A stretch of 64,000 nucleotides of DNA from Alphaproteobacteria bacterium (lineage in GTDB: Bacteria; Pseudomonadota; Alphaproteobacteria; UBA828). Shown piece after piece: positions 10,066-19,952 of the stretch. The stretch's first letter is position 1; each line of letters starts with the position of its first letter. The position numbers were made by a program, and so were the translations under genes. The notes under the pieces were generated by a model that searched no databases, had not been told where the DNA came from, and saw nothing but the letters and a program-made list of their open reading frames with translations. The DNA is taken from the NCBI GenBank assembly GCA_963422645.2, contig CAXXVO010000012.1, forward strand, positions 128,001 to 192,000. The letters run 5' to 3'.

Positions 10066-13000
10066 GTGAACATAGCATCGGAATGGAAGGAGGCGGCGCG
10101 GCCTCCCCTGCCTGCGGACGAGGCGGTGCTCGCTCTCTGCTGGGAGCGCTGGCGCGAGAACGCGGCCTGGAGCGAGGACGAGGGCCTCATCGCCTTCGCC
10201 GAGGCGTGCGAAGGCGATGCCACCGCCAACGCGCTGCTTGGCGCGCTCTTCGGCAACAGCCGCTACCTCAGCCATTGCCTCACCGCCGACCAGGACTTCG
10301 CGCGCCTGTTGATCGAGCGGGGGCCGGGTGCCGCCTACGCCGCCGCCCGCGCCATGGCGGCGGACACCAGCGTCCTCGGCGACGAATCGCGGCAACAGGT
10401 GATGAAGCGCCTGCGCGTGGCGAAGCGCCGCGCGAGCCTCGCCATCGGCATGGCCGACATCGCCTCGGTCTGGCCGCTGGAGCGGGTGACCGGCGCGCTC
10501 TCGGATATCGCCTCGGTCACGCTCAGCGCCGTCTGCGCCCATCTGCTGCGCAACCTGCACGATCGCGGCAAGCTCGCGCTCCCCGAGCCGGAGGCGCCCG
10601 AGCGAGGTTCCGGCCTCATCATCCTCGGCATGGGCAAGCTCGGCGCAGGCGAGCTCAACTATTCGAGCGACGTCGACATCATCGTCCTCTTCGACGAGGA
10701 GATCGCGTCCGACCCGAGCGGCGACGGGCTGCAGCAGACCTTCGCCCGCCTCGCCCGCAACCTGGTCACGATCATGGACGAGCGGACCGCGGACGGTTAC
10801 GTCTTCCGCACCGACCTCCGCCTCCGCCCGGACCCCGGCTCCACCGCCGCGGCCCTCTCGGTCCGCGCCGCCGAGGCCTATTACGCGACCACCGGCGAGA
10901 ACTGGGAGCGGGCCGCCATGATCAAGGCGAAGCCCGTAGCCGGCGACATCAAAGCCGGCAACGGCTTCCTCGAGCGGCTCGAGCCCTTCATCTGGCGCCG
11001 GCACCTCGACTTCGCCGCAATCCAGAACATCCGCTCGATCAAGCGCCAGATCGATGCCCACCGCGGCACCGGCCAGGTCGCCGTGGTCGGCCACAACATC
11101 AAGCTCGGGCGCGGCGGCATCCGCGAGATCGAGTTCCTTGCGCAGACCCAGCAGCTCATCTGGGGCGGGCGCGATCCTGCGCTGCGCGTGCGTGGCACGC
11201 GGGAGGCCTTCGACGGGCTCGTTGCCGCCGGCCACGTGCGCCGCCGGGCGGTGGACGAGCTGATGGAGGCCTACACCTTCCACCGCACCGTCGAGCACCG
11301 GCTGCAGATGGCGGACGACCGCCAGACCCACAGCCTGCCGGACGACGAGGGCGGCGTGGCGCAGGTCGCCGTCTTCCTGGGCTATGACAATCTCGACGAC
11401 TTTACCGAGGCGCTGCTTGCCCGCCTGCGCACGGTGGAGCGCCACTACATGGCGCTCTTCGAGGAAGAGCCCGCGCTCACGACCGAGGGCACTCTCGACT
11501 TCAGCGGCGCCGGCGACGGCGATGCCACGCTGGAGACCCTCGCGGCCATGGGCTACGCGCATCCGGAGCGCGCCTTCGAGACGCTGCGGGCTTGGCACGA
11601 GGGCCGCTACCGCGCTGTGCGCGGCGAGGAAGCGCGCGAGCGACTGGCGGAGCTGCTGCCGACGGTCCTGGACGTCTTCGCCGCCTGGCCGGTCCCCGAT
11701 TCGGCGCTCGCCCTCTTCGACGGCTTTCTCGCGCGCCTGCCCGCCGGCTCCCACCTCTTCTCCATGTTCGCGGCCCACCCCGAACTCTTCGATCTGATCA
11801 CGGAGATCATGGGTTCTGCCCCTCGCCTCGCCAATTGGCTGGAGCACCGGCCCATGCTGCTCGACAGCGTATTGAGCCGCGAGTTCTCCGACCTAGACGT
11901 GCCGGACGCCGACGATTTGGGCCCCGAACTCGCGATCATCGCGCGGCGTGGCCTCGTTCGCGTGTTCTACCAGCGCGAGTTCGGCACGGAGGAAATTAGG
12001 TCCGAGCTCGCCGACGTGGCGCTCCGCGCGCGCGACGTGCAGGACTTCCTCGACTCCGAGCGGCGCTGGGCCAACGACAAGATCTTTCACATCGGCGTGC
12101 ACATGCTGCGGGGGCTGCTCTTCCCGGTCGAGGCTGCGATGCCGCTCTCCGACATCGCTGATGCCTGTCTCGGCGCCGCGCTCCCCGTCGTCGCCAATGC
12201 CTTCGCCGAGACGCACGGCCGGCTGCCCGGCGGCCGCTTCGCCGTGGTCGCTTTGGGCCGCCTCGGCAGCCGGGAGATGACGGTGACCGCCCCGCTCGAC
12301 CTCATTCTGGTCTACGATCATCCGCCGAACGCCGAGGAGTCCGACGGGCGCAAGGCGCTCCGGCCCGACCGCTACTACGGGCAGCTCAGCCGGCGCTACG
12401 TCGCTGCGATCCGTGCGGCAACGGCGGAGGGCACGCTCTACGACGTGGACATGCACCCACGCCCATCCGGCAACGCCGGGCCCATCGTCACCTCGCTCGA
12501 CTCCTTCATCGAGCATTTTTCTGCCGGCGTTCCGACCTGGCAGCACCAGGCGCTCGCCCGCGCGCGCGTGGTCTGGGCCGAGGGCGACCTGGGCGAGCGC
12601 TTCGAGGAGGCGCGCCGCACCACCCTCAGGCAAGCGCGTGAGGCGGAAGATCTCTCCGCCCAAATCGCGGGCTTACGCGAGGACTTGCGCGGCGGCGATC
12701 CCGGCGACGACATTTGGGATATCGAGCAGAAGCGCGGCGGCCTGATCGACGTCGAGTTCATCGCGCAATACCTCCAGCTGCTGCATGCGGCCGAGTCCGA
12801 GGCGGTGCTCGCCGGCGACCCGGTCTCGGTCTTCGAGGCTGCGGGCAAGCACGGGCTGATCGAGCCCGAGACCGTGCGCGAGCTCGCGGACGCGACGGTG
12901 CTGTGGCGCAACCTGCATGGCATCCTGAGCCTGACAGTGGAGGAGGAGCGCTTCGTCGAGGCGACCGCACCGCCGGCGCTGCTCGCGGTGATCGAGCGCG

Positions 13001-13104
13001 CCTGCGACGTCACCAATATCGACTCGCTCAAGGAGTCGATGCGGGAGACCACGGCCCGCACCGCAGGCCACTACGATCGCCTGTTGGGAAACGGCACGGG
13101 CTGA
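10066..13104 (+). CDS. glnE: Bifunctional glutamine synthetase adenylyltransferase/adenylyl-removing enzyme (start approximate)
   Basis: GMGKLGAGELNYSSDVD, DLRLRPDP, IKLGRGGIREIEF; second repeat LGRLGSREMT and GGLIDVEF. Confidence 0.95.
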   Translation: MNIASEWKEAARPPLPADEAVLALCWERWRENAAWSEDEGLIAFAEACEGDATANALLGALFGNSRYLSHCLTADQDFARLLIERGPGAAYAAARAMAADTSVLGDESRQQVMKRLRVAKRRASLAIGMADIASVWPLERVTGALSDIASVTLSAVCAHLLRNLHDRGKLALPEPEAPERGSGLIILGMGKLGAGELNYSSDVDIIVLFDEEIASDPSGDGLQQTFARLARNLVTIMDERTADGYVFRTDLRLRPDPGSTAAALSVRAAEAYYATTGENWERAAMIKAKPVAGDIKAGNGFLERLEPFIWRRHLDFAAIQNIRSIKRQIDAHRGTGQVAVVGHNIKLGRGGIREIEFLAQTQQLIWGGRDPALRVRGTREAFDGLVAAGHVRRRAVDELMEAYTFHRTVEHRLQMADDRQTHSLPDDEGGVAQVAVFLGYDNLDDFTEALLARLRTVERHYMALFEEEPALTTEGTLDFSGAGDGDATLETLAAMGYAHPERAFETLRAWHEGRYRAVRGEEARERLAELLPTVLDVFAAWPVPDSALALFDGFLARLPAGSHLFSMFAAHPELFDLITEIMGSAPRLANWLEHRPMLLDSVLSREFSDLDVPDADDLGPELAIIARRGLVRVFYQREFGTEEIRSELADVALRARDVQDFLDSERRWANDKIFHIGVHMLRGLLFPVEAAMPLSDIADACLGAALPVVANAFAETHGRLPGGRFAVVALGRLGSREMTVTAPLDLILVYDHPPNAEESDGRKALRPDRYYGQLSRRYVAAIRAATAEGTLYDVDMHPRPSGNAGPIVTSLDSFIEHFSAGVPTWQHQALARARVVWAEGDLGERFEEARRTTLRQAREAEDLSAQIAGLREDLRGGDPGDDIWDIEQKRGGLIDVEFIAQYLQLLHAAESEAVLAGDPVSVFEAAGKHGLIEPETVRELADATVLWRNLHGILSLTVEEERFVEATAPPALLAVIERACDVTNIDSLKESMRETTARTAGHYDRLLGNGTG

Positions 13105-13138
13105 GCGCCGCGGGCAGGCCCCTGGTGAGAGCTCTGGA

Positions 13139-14389
13139 CTAAAACCGATCCGGCCGAAGGCCCGTCATGTCGATCTCGGGCTCCCGGCCCGAGACGATGT
13201 CCGCGATGATCCGGCCTGAGCCGGAGGAGTAGGTCCAGCCGGTGCTGCCGTGGCCGGTGTCCAGGTAGAGACCGGGGACGGCAGTCTTGCCGATGATCGG
13301 CAGGCAATCCGGCGTCATCGGCCGGAAGCCGATCCAGCGTTCCGCCTTGCTGCGATCGCCGCAGCTCGGGAACACGGCCATCGCCGCGTCCAGCGTCGCG
13401 GTCGCCCGGTCGGCGCGAATGGTGGCATTGTGGCCGTCGAGCTCGGCCGTTCCGGCGCAGCGCAGCCGGTCGCCGAGGCGGCTCATCACGATACGCCGGT
13501 GGCCGTCGTGGATGGCGCGGGTCGGCGCGCCGTTGTAGCCCTCGGTGGGGACGGTCACCGAATAGCCCTTGAGCGGGTAGATCGGAGCCCGCACGCCAAG
13601 CCGCTTGAGGAAGCGCGCGCTGTAACTCGCCAGGCTCATCACCACGGCGTCGGCCTCGATAACCCCCTTGTCCGTCTCGGTCCCGGTCACGCGCCGGCGG
13701 TCGCCGCTCAGCCGCTTCACGGTCTCGCCGAAGCGGAAGGTCACGCCGTTGGCAGCCGCAGCCGCAGCAAGGGAAGCCGTGAACTTGTGCGCGTCGCCCG
13801 ATTCGTCGTTCCGAAAGAAGGTGGCGCCCGCGAATTGATCCGCGGTCTGCTGCAGCGCCGGCTCGGCCTCGAGCATCTGATCCCGATCCAGGCGTTCGGG
13901 ATGGAAGCGGGTGTCCGCCATCCGCGTCTCGTAAGCGTAGGACGCGTCCAGCTCCGTCTCGTCGCGGTAGAGGTGGAGCACCCCCTCGGCGCGCTGGTCG
14001 TAGGCGATCCCCTCCGTCTCGCGCAACGTCTTGAGGCAGTCGTAGCTGTAGGTCGAGAGCCTGAGCGAAACCTGCTGGGAGCGCTCGAATTGCGCGCGCG
14101 TACAGTGGCGCAGGAAGCTCACGGCCCAGCGCCATTGAGCGAGATCGGGGCGGAGGCGAAACAGATAGGGCGCATCCTCGCGCCCGAACCACTTGATCAG
14201 CATGCGGGGCACCTCGGGGTGCGCCCAGGGCCGCGAGCTGTAGGCGCCGACGATGCCGCCGTTGGCGAAGCTGGTCTCCAGACCGGCGCCGGCCTGGCGC
14301 TCCACCACCGTAACCTCGTGGCCGGCCTGGTTCAGGAAGTAGGCCGCCGCGGTGCCGACGACCCCGGCGCCGAGCACCAGAACCCGCAC
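13139..14389 (-). CDS. D-amino acid dehydrogenase (DadA-like, FAD-dependent)
   Basis: GAGVVG, ETSFANGG, GFRPMTPD, TGHGSTGWT. Confidence 0.88.
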   Translation of the reverse strand: MRVLVLGAGVVGTAAAYFLNQAGHEVTVVERQAGAGLETSFANGGIVGAYSSRPWAHPEVPRMLIKWFGREDAPYLFRLRPDLAQWRWAVSFLRHCTRAQFERSQQVSLRLSTYSYDCLKTLRETEGIAYDQRAEGVLHLYRDETELDASYAYETRMADTRFHPERLDRDQMLEAEPALQQTADQFAGATFFRNDESGDAHKFTASLAAAAAANGVTFRFGETVKRLSGDRRRVTGTETDKGVIEADAVVMSLASYSARFLKRLGVRAPIYPLKGYSVTVPTEGYNGAPTRAIHDGHRRIVMSRLGDRLRCAGTAELDGHNATIRADRATATLDAAMAVFPSCGDRSKAERWIGFRPMTPDCLPIIGKTAVPGLYLDTGHGSTGWTYSSGSGRIIADIVSGREPEIDMTGLRPDRF

Positions 14390-14429
14390 GCCCCGCCTCC
14401 GGCCGCCGGCGCAATCGTCCGTGCGCGGT

Positions 14430-14645
14430 CTATTCGATCACCACCGCGAGCTGGCCCACGTCGACGGCATCCTCTTCCTTGACGTGGAGGGCCTTGATCA
14501 CCCCGTCGTTCTCGGCGTCGTGGGGCACCTCGGTCTTCATCACTTCGAGAATGAAGAGCGTATCCCCGGCCTTGACCGAATCGCCCTGCTTCACCAGGAC
14601 CTTCCACACGTTGCCCGGCGCCTGGGTCAGAACCTCCTCCGCCAT
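14430..14645 (-). CDS. Stand-alone biotin/lipoyl carrier protein
   Basis: 71 aa, PGNVWKVLVKQGDSV and EVMKTE biotinylation-type motif. Confidence 0.85.
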   Translation of the reverse strand: MAEEVLTQAPGNVWKVLVKQGDSVKAGDTLFILEVMKTEVPHDAENDGVIKALHVKEEDAVDVGQLAVVIE

Positions 14646-14659
14646 CGACCGATCTCCTC

Positions 14660-15628
14660 TTATTCGATGCTGTCGAGCGAGCAGGCCTCGTCGAGGGTGA
14701 AGCGCAGCTCCTGCGCCTCCCCCACCGAGACCTCGCGAAACTTGATGTACTCGTTGGGCTTCATCTGGCCGAGCTTCCAGAAGGCGGCGGACGGCACCGT
14801 GTAGGGGCAGATGAAGCCGCCCATGCTGGGGCCGTCGTTCATCAGGATGATCGGCGTCTGGCCGCCCAGGTTGACCGCGCCCAGCGGATAGCCTTGGTCG
14901 ATGATGTTGGACGGAAAGTCGCCGTGCTCCGGCGCCTTGTCGGTGGCCTTCTCGGTGAAGGTCCAGTCCGGCCCGCTCAGGCGATAGCCCGTGCGGTCGC
15001 TCCGCGCCTCCAGCATCCAGGCCGTCTCGATAAAGCGCTCGTGGCCGGCGTCGTCGATCCAGTCGTCGTTGGGGCCTCGCACCGCCTGGATTTCCCAGGT
15101 CTTGCCGCCCGGGAAAGCCGGCCGCGCGCGATCCGCAACCCGCCGGCCCGGCGTGCCTGCGGCCTCCCTCACCGGGAGCACCTGCCCCGCCTGCACCGCG
15201 TGGCCGTCGAGCCCGCCGACTCCGGCCTTGTGGAAGGTAGACGCCGAGCCCAGCCACTCCGGTGCGTCGATGCCGCCCGCCACTGCGAGATAGCCGCGGG
15301 CGCCCGCGACCGCCGGCCCCATCACGAGGGTCTGCCCGGCCCCGACGGCGACACTCTCCCACATCGGGATCGGCTGTCCGTCCACGATCGGGCGCATGTT
15401 GGCGCCGGTCACCGCGATCATGCCGCTGCGCTGGAAGCGGATGGTCGGCCCCATGAACTGGGCCTCCAGCCCCGGCGCGCCCTCGTCGTTGCCCACCGCC
15501 AGATTGGCGAGGCGGAACGACCACATGTCCATCGGGCCCGAGGGCGGGAAGCCCTGGTTCCAGTAGCCGACACGACCGGGGTAATCCTGAATGCTGGTCT
15601 CGAGTCCCGGCTTGACGATCTCAAGCAT
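14660..15628 (-). CDS. Biotin-dependent carboxyltransferase / 5-oxoprolinase subunit C-like (urea carboxylase CT domain)
   Basis: PGLETSIQDYPGR, GPMD, RLANLAVGN, SDRTGYRL, DGPSMGGF. Confidence 0.85.
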   Translation of the reverse strand: MLEIVKPGLETSIQDYPGRVGYWNQGFPPSGPMDMWSFRLANLAVGNDEGAPGLEAQFMGPTIRFQRSGMIAVTGANMRPIVDGQPIPMWESVAVGAGQTLVMGPAVAGARGYLAVAGGIDAPEWLGSASTFHKAGVGGLDGHAVQAGQVLPVREAAGTPGRRVADRARPAFPGGKTWEIQAVRGPNDDWIDDAGHERFIETAWMLEARSDRTGYRLSGPDWTFTEKATDKAPEHGDFPSNIIDQGYPLGAVNLGGQTPIILMNDGPSMGGFICPYTVPSAAFWKLGQMKPNEYIKFREVSVGEAQELRFTLDEACSLDSIE

Positions 15629-15727
15629 GAACGCGCTCTCCTGGTGTACTGGTGTCGTGTTTCCGTTGTTCATTCCGAACCAGTGGGGTTGGCGAACGAC
15701 CTCTCACACCAAGCCTCTGCCACACAC

Positions 15728-15821
15728 CGTCATGCCCGGACTCGTTCCGGGCATCTCTCTCAGCCAGACCCACCGGATGCTGGGACATGCGTGGATGGCC
15801 GGGACAAGCCCGGCCATGACG
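15728..15821. repeat. Alphaproteobacterial REP-like intergenic element (two inverted hairpins)
   Basis: CGTCATGCCCGGACTCGTTCCGGGCATC ... GATGGCCGGGACAAGCCCGGCCATGACG; each arm is a hairpin and the arms are mutually inverted. Confidence 0.8.
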
Positions 15822-15867
15822 TGTTGGGGGCACCGTATACATGGATAGTGACTTCTCGTACCGGTCA

Positions 15868-16797
15868 CTAGTGAAGGTGCTTGAGGTACTGGGCCACGAA
15901 ATCGAAGCCGATGAGCTTGCAATAGAGCCCCATCAGCCGCTCCGTCGTCGGGCCGGGGATCCTGCGCTCGGCGAAGGGCACGTCGTTGATGGTCGCCACC
16001 GGGCAGATGCAGAAGCTCGTCGACGTAATGAATGCTTCGTCGGCGCCGTGGGCGTCGAAGAGATCGAGGTCGCACTTCACCACCTCGATGTCCGCCTCCG
16101 CCGCAAGCTCCAGCACGGTCTCGCGGCTGATGCCGTTGAGCACGTAGCGATCCTGCGGGGTGTAGAGCACACCGTCGGTGACGAGAAAGATGTTGGAGCC
16201 GACGCCTTCGCTGAGATTGCCATTGTGATCGAGGAAGAGTGCCAGGGCATTGGGGTCGCGGCGGCGCACCTCGTCGTTACCGACGAAGAGACTCAGGTAG
16301 TTGTGGGTCTTCGCCCGGGGGGAAATCGAATCGGGCGCCGCGCGGCGGTTCGAGGGAACCATCAACGGAATCCCGTCGCGGTAATAGTGGGCGCGCTGGG
16401 GAATCGGAAGCGGCGTGCAGTCGATGATGAGCACCGGGTCGGTCGAGCCGTGAAAATCGCCCCCCGCCGGCTCGAGACCGCGGGAGATGCGCTGGAAGAC
16501 CCAGTAGTCCTCGTCCGGCCCCAGCAGGTGGAGGTTGCGGGCGAGCACCTCCTCGGTGTGGCGCTTCATCTCCGACGGCGCCATGCCGGGGTCGATCCGC
16601 AGATAGCGCAACGTCTTGTAGAAGCGCACGATGTGCTCTTCCAGCTTGAAGATGCGGTGCCCGAAGGTGCGGGTGGTATCGAAGGCGCCGTCGCCGTAGC
16701 GGAAGCTCCGGTCGCGGAAGGAGACCAGGGCCCGGCTCTCCGGCACGATCTCCCCGTTGAAGTAGCAGACCCGCTCGTTGGCGCGCTCAACGACCAT
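15868..16797 (-). CDS. Aminotransferase class IV (PLP-dependent)
   Basis: YGDGAFDT, AKTHNYL catalytic Lys, EGVGSNIF, GISRETV, ADEAFITST. Confidence 0.9.
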   Translation of the reverse strand: MVVERANERVCYFNGEIVPESRALVSFRDRSFRYGDGAFDTTRTFGHRIFKLEEHIVRFYKTLRYLRIDPGMAPSEMKRHTEEVLARNLHLLGPDEDYWVFQRISRGLEPAGGDFHGSTDPVLIIDCTPLPIPQRAHYYRDGIPLMVPSNRRAAPDSISPRAKTHNYLSLFVGNDEVRRRDPNALALFLDHNGNLSEGVGSNIFLVTDGVLYTPQDRYVLNGISRETVLELAAEADIEVVKCDLDLFDAHGADEAFITSTSFCICPVATINDVPFAERRIPGPTTERLMGLYCKLIGFDFVAQYLKHLH

Positions 16798-16890
16798 CTC
16801 TTCGCCCCCTGCCTCTGGCGACTCCCCTGCCCGTCGGCGCGCGATCATGGCGCAAAAGCCCGACGGGTGCGAGTGCCCTCCGCGCGACCC

Positions 16891-17430
16891 TTATATGACA
16901 CGCGGCGGCCGGCGCACCACCAGGCAGCGCGCCAGCATGTCGTGCAGTCCCTGCTTGCGGCGGGTGAACGCGATCGCGATGCAGGCGGCGATGGCGGCGA
17001 AGCCCACGATGAAATTGAGGCCGACGACCATGCTGACGAGGCCGGGCAGCCAGAGGGGCCAGCAGCGATAGCTCGCCCTGAGCAGCGAGATCCGCCCGCC
17101 GTCGAGCCCCGTGACCCGAAGCCCCAACATGCGCTTGCCGAGCGTCGCCTGCGCCGGCCCGGCCTCCTGCAGTGCCGTGTAGACCCCCAGCGCGATGCCG
17201 AAGACGATGGAGCCGAGCCAGGAGAGCGCGTAGCTCACCACCTCCAGACGCGCGCCATCGCTCTCGGAAACGTGCGTCGTGTTCTCCACCAGATCGGGCC
17301 AGAGGAACGATCCGACGAGGTAGACGCCCACCAGCACGATGATCGTATCGATGACCCACGCCGCGACACGTCGCCAGAATCCGGCGGGGATGACGCCGAT
17401 GACGCCGCCCTCGGGCGCCTCGTCAGTCAT
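16891..17430 (-). CDS. RDD-family membrane protein
   Basis: GFWRRVAAWVID, QATLGKRMLGLRV, QGLHDMLARCLVV. Confidence 0.88.
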   Translation of the reverse strand: MTDEAPEGGVIGVIPAGFWRRVAAWVIDTIIVLVGVYLVGSFLWPDLVENTTHVSESDGARLEVVSYALSWLGSIVFGIALGVYTALQEAGPAQATLGKRMLGLRVTGLDGGRISLLRASYRCWPLWLPGLVSMVVGLNFIVGFAAIAACIAIAFTRRKQGLHDMLARCLVVRRPPRVI

Positions 17431-17444
17431 GGGCCCCTAACGTT

Positions 17445-17475
17445 GGAAGGGCCGCCCGGCTGGGGCGGCCCTTCC
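17445..17475 (-). terminator. Strong GC hairpin, probable terminator
   Basis: Perfect 13-bp stem GGAAGGGCCGCCC/GGGCGGCCCTTCC with 5-nt loop downstream of the 24-codon ORF; no clear U-tract. Confidence 0.55.
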
Positions 17476-17511
17476 CCGTCAATCCGCGATCCGCAGATCG
17501 CGTCGTCACCG

Positions 17512-17586
17512 TCAGCCGTGGACCCCATCGCAGGGGGAGATCCAGATTGCGGTGACCGCCGATCGCGGTTTACGACAGTCAGACAC
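17512..17586 (-). CDS. Putative 24-aa peptide MSDCRKPRSAVTAIWISPCDGVHG (or an sRNA carrying an SD-like motif)
   Basis: GTG start immediately after a perfect AAAGGAGGTGATCC Shine-Dalgarno (17589-17602), followed by a hairpin. Confidence 0.45.
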   Translation of the reverse strand: MSDCRKPRSAVTAIWISPCDGVHG

Positions 17587-17657
17587 TAGGATCACCTCCT
17601 TTCGTTGTTGACGACATCTGGTATATGGCGCGCGCGTTCCAGCGGTGCAAGCACCAT

Positions 17658-18128
17658 CTAAAGGGTCGTGCGATCCCCGCTGTCCCACCACGCCCTGAAC
17701 ATGGCATAGGTCTCATCGCCCAGCAGGCGCCGGTAGGGGAGGCTGCGCTGCTCGCTCGCAGTCGCGACCTCTTTGTCCAGCCCGGCGATGTCGATCCCGA
17801 GGTCGGCCGCGTGGGAGAGCAGATTGCCGTAGAACACCCGGTCGATTCGCGCCCACCAGATCGCCGCCGCGCACATCACGCAGGGCTCCCAGGTCGTGTA
17901 GAGCACCGAGCCAGAGAGGTCCCAGTTGCCGGTGCGCTGGCCCGCATCGCGGATGGCGTTGATCTCGCAGTGGCCGGTGGCGTCGTGGGTCTCGGCCACG
18001 TTGTTCCAGCCCTCGCCGATCACCTCGCCGTCCTTCACGATGATGGTCGCGCAGTAGCCGCCTTCGCCCGCCGCCATCTTCTCTTCGCAGAGCGCGATGG
18101 CGCGCCGCATGTAGCCTTCGTGGTCCAT
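17658..18128 (-). CDS. Nucleoside deaminase (cytidine/guanine deaminase-like)
   Basis: HCEINAIR and EPCVMC zinc motifs. Confidence 0.88.
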   Translation of the reverse strand: MDHEGYMRRAIALCEEKMAAGEGGYCATIIVKDGEVIGEGWNNVAETHDATGHCEINAIRDAGQRTGNWDLSGSVLYTTWEPCVMCAAAIWWARIDRVFYGNLLSHAADLGIDIAGLDKEVATASEQRSLPYRRLLGDETYAMFRAWWDSGDRTTL

Positions 18129-18142
18129 CGTCCCCTCCCTCG

Positions 18143-19102
18143 TCAGCGCTTGGCCTCGGCCACCGCCTCCGCCAGCACGCACAGGATTTCGAACATCATG
18201 GTCGCGCCCACCAGCGCCGTGTTGCCGCTGGGGTCGAAGGGCGGTGCCACCTCCACCACGTCGCCGCCCACCAAGTTCAGGCCGCGCGTGCCGCGCAGCA
18301 TGCGTTGCGCCTCGTGGGTGGAGAAGCCGCCGATCTCGGGCGTACCGGTGCCGGGCGCGTAGACCGGATCGAGCCCGTCCACGTCGAAGCTGATGTAGGT
18401 CGGGCCATCGCCGACCACAGCGCGCGCCTCCGCCACCACCTTCTCCCAGCCGAGATCGAAATACTCCTCGATGGTGACGACGCGCATCCCCGAGTCGTAA
18501 GCGAAGTCCAGGTCGTGGAGATCGTAGACCGAGCCGCGAATGCCGATCTGGATGGTCCGCTTCGGGTCCAGCAGCCCCTCCTCCACCGCGCGGCGGAAGA
18601 GCGTGCCGTGGGTGATCGTGTGGCCGCCGAAGTAGCTGTCCCAGGTATCGGAATGGGCGTCGAAGTGGATCAGGCCAACAGGACGGTCCCTGGCGATGGC
18701 GCGCATGATCGGGAGCGTAATCAGGTGGTCGCCGCCGGCCGAGAGCGGCACCGCGCCGGCGGCATGCAGGTCGGTGAAGAAGCGCTCGATGCGCCCGATG
18801 GTGTCGTGCAGGTCGATTGGATTGATGCTCGCATCGCCGCAGTCGGCGACCCGGCAAAGCTCGTAGGGGCAGATGCCGAGGATGTGATGGGTGCGCCGCA
18901 TCAGGCTCGACATGTTGCGAATCTCGCGCGGGCCGTGGCGGGCGCCGGCACGGTTGGTGGTGCCGTTGTCCCAGGGCACACCCAACAGCGCGATATCCAC
19001 GGCCGAGAAATCGGTGACGTGGGGTAGCCGCATGAAGGTCGGTATCCCGCTGAAGCGCGGCATGTCCATGCCGCTGACCGGCTCATAGAAGCCCTCGCTC
19101 AT
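18143..19102 (-). CDS. Agmatinase-like ureohydrolase
   Basis: GGDH, DAHSD, SFDVDGLDPVYAPGTGTP. Confidence 0.92.
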   Translation of the reverse strand: MSEGFYEPVSGMDMPRFSGIPTFMRLPHVTDFSAVDIALLGVPWDNGTTNRAGARHGPREIRNMSSLMRRTHHILGICPYELCRVADCGDASINPIDLHDTIGRIERFFTDLHAAGAVPLSAGGDHLITLPIMRAIARDRPVGLIHFDAHSDTWDSYFGGHTITHGTLFRRAVEEGLLDPKRTIQIGIRGSVYDLHDLDFAYDSGMRVVTIEEYFDLGWEKVVAEARAVVGDGPTYISFDVDGLDPVYAPGTGTPEIGGFSTHEAQRMLRGTRGLNLVGGDVVEVAPPFDPSGNTALVGATMMFEILCVLAEAVAEAKR

Positions 19103-19119
19103 GGCTGGCGTTCCCTTCC

Positions 19120-19920
19120 CTATTCGGCGGCGATGTCCTGGCGTCGCAGTCCGAAAATCTCGATCAGCGCGGCGCTCATGCCGTCCACGTAGTCGGCGAC
19201 GAAGCGCTCGCCCTTCTCCGCCGTCGCGGCAACGGAGGGCGAGAGCGCCCCGGTCCAGGGCACCCGCGACGTGTCCGTCGGGTAGATGTCGTAGAGCGGG
19301 AAGTCCGCCGGCGGATGGTCTGGCGCCTTCGTCATGTCCACGAGCTTCGGGTAGAGGTGCAGCATGACCGAAGTCTCCATCAGGCCCGCGTGTTCCAGCG
19401 GCCATCCGGGGAAGCCTTCGGGCCATGCGGCCTCCATGGTCTCTTCGGTGACATATTCCCAATAGGGGATCTTGGCGATCCTCATGTCGTGGATGCCGTC
19501 TCGCCGGAGCCCGCGCAACGCGAGGTCGATCCCCTCCACCAGGAACATGTTGTTCTCGTAGTGGCCGTCCACCACCGCCATGCGGCGCACGCCGTGGCGC
19601 GCGAACTCGCTGACGATATCGCGGACCATGTGGATCAGGGTCTCGCCGTCGAGGCTGGTGGTGCCGGGAAAATGGTTGCCGCCGCCGGACTTCGGCTGTG
19701 ACTTGTAACCGTAGCAGAGGGTCGGCGCGACTAGGTCGCCGGTGCGGGCAGCGACCCGCTCGGCGAGCGCGGTCGGGATCGCGGCGTCGCAGTTCATGGG
19801 CAGATGCGGCCCGTGCTGCTCCAGCGAGCCGACCGGAAGGATCACCACCGGCTGCTCCTCCCGCACGCGCCGGTCATACTCGGTCCAGTCGATCTCAGCG
19901 ACACGCACGGAGCGGGTCAT
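19120..19920 (-). CDS. Creatininase (creatinine amidohydrolase family)
   Basis: PVGSLEQHGPHLP, GHYEN, EHAGLMETS. Confidence 0.9.
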   Translation of the reverse strand: MTRSVRVAEIDWTEYDRRVREEQPVVILPVGSLEQHGPHLPMNCDAAIPTALAERVAARTGDLVAPTLCYGYKSQPKSGGGNHFPGTTSLDGETLIHMVRDIVSEFARHGVRRMAVVDGHYENNMFLVEGIDLALRGLRRDGIHDMRIAKIPYWEYVTEETMEAAWPEGFPGWPLEHAGLMETSVMLHLYPKLVDMTKAPDHPPADFPLYDIYPTDTSRVPWTGALSPSVAATAEKGERFVADYVDGMSAALIEIFGLRRQDIAAE

Positions 19921-19952
19921 GGCGGCCTCCTCTTCGCGCTTGGCCGGCAGCT

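Noticed and set aside
17589-17602. GGATCACCTCCTTT, identical to the 16S rRNA 3' end
   Set aside because: No other rRNA sequence adjoins it; it is better read as a Shine-Dalgarno on the minus strand
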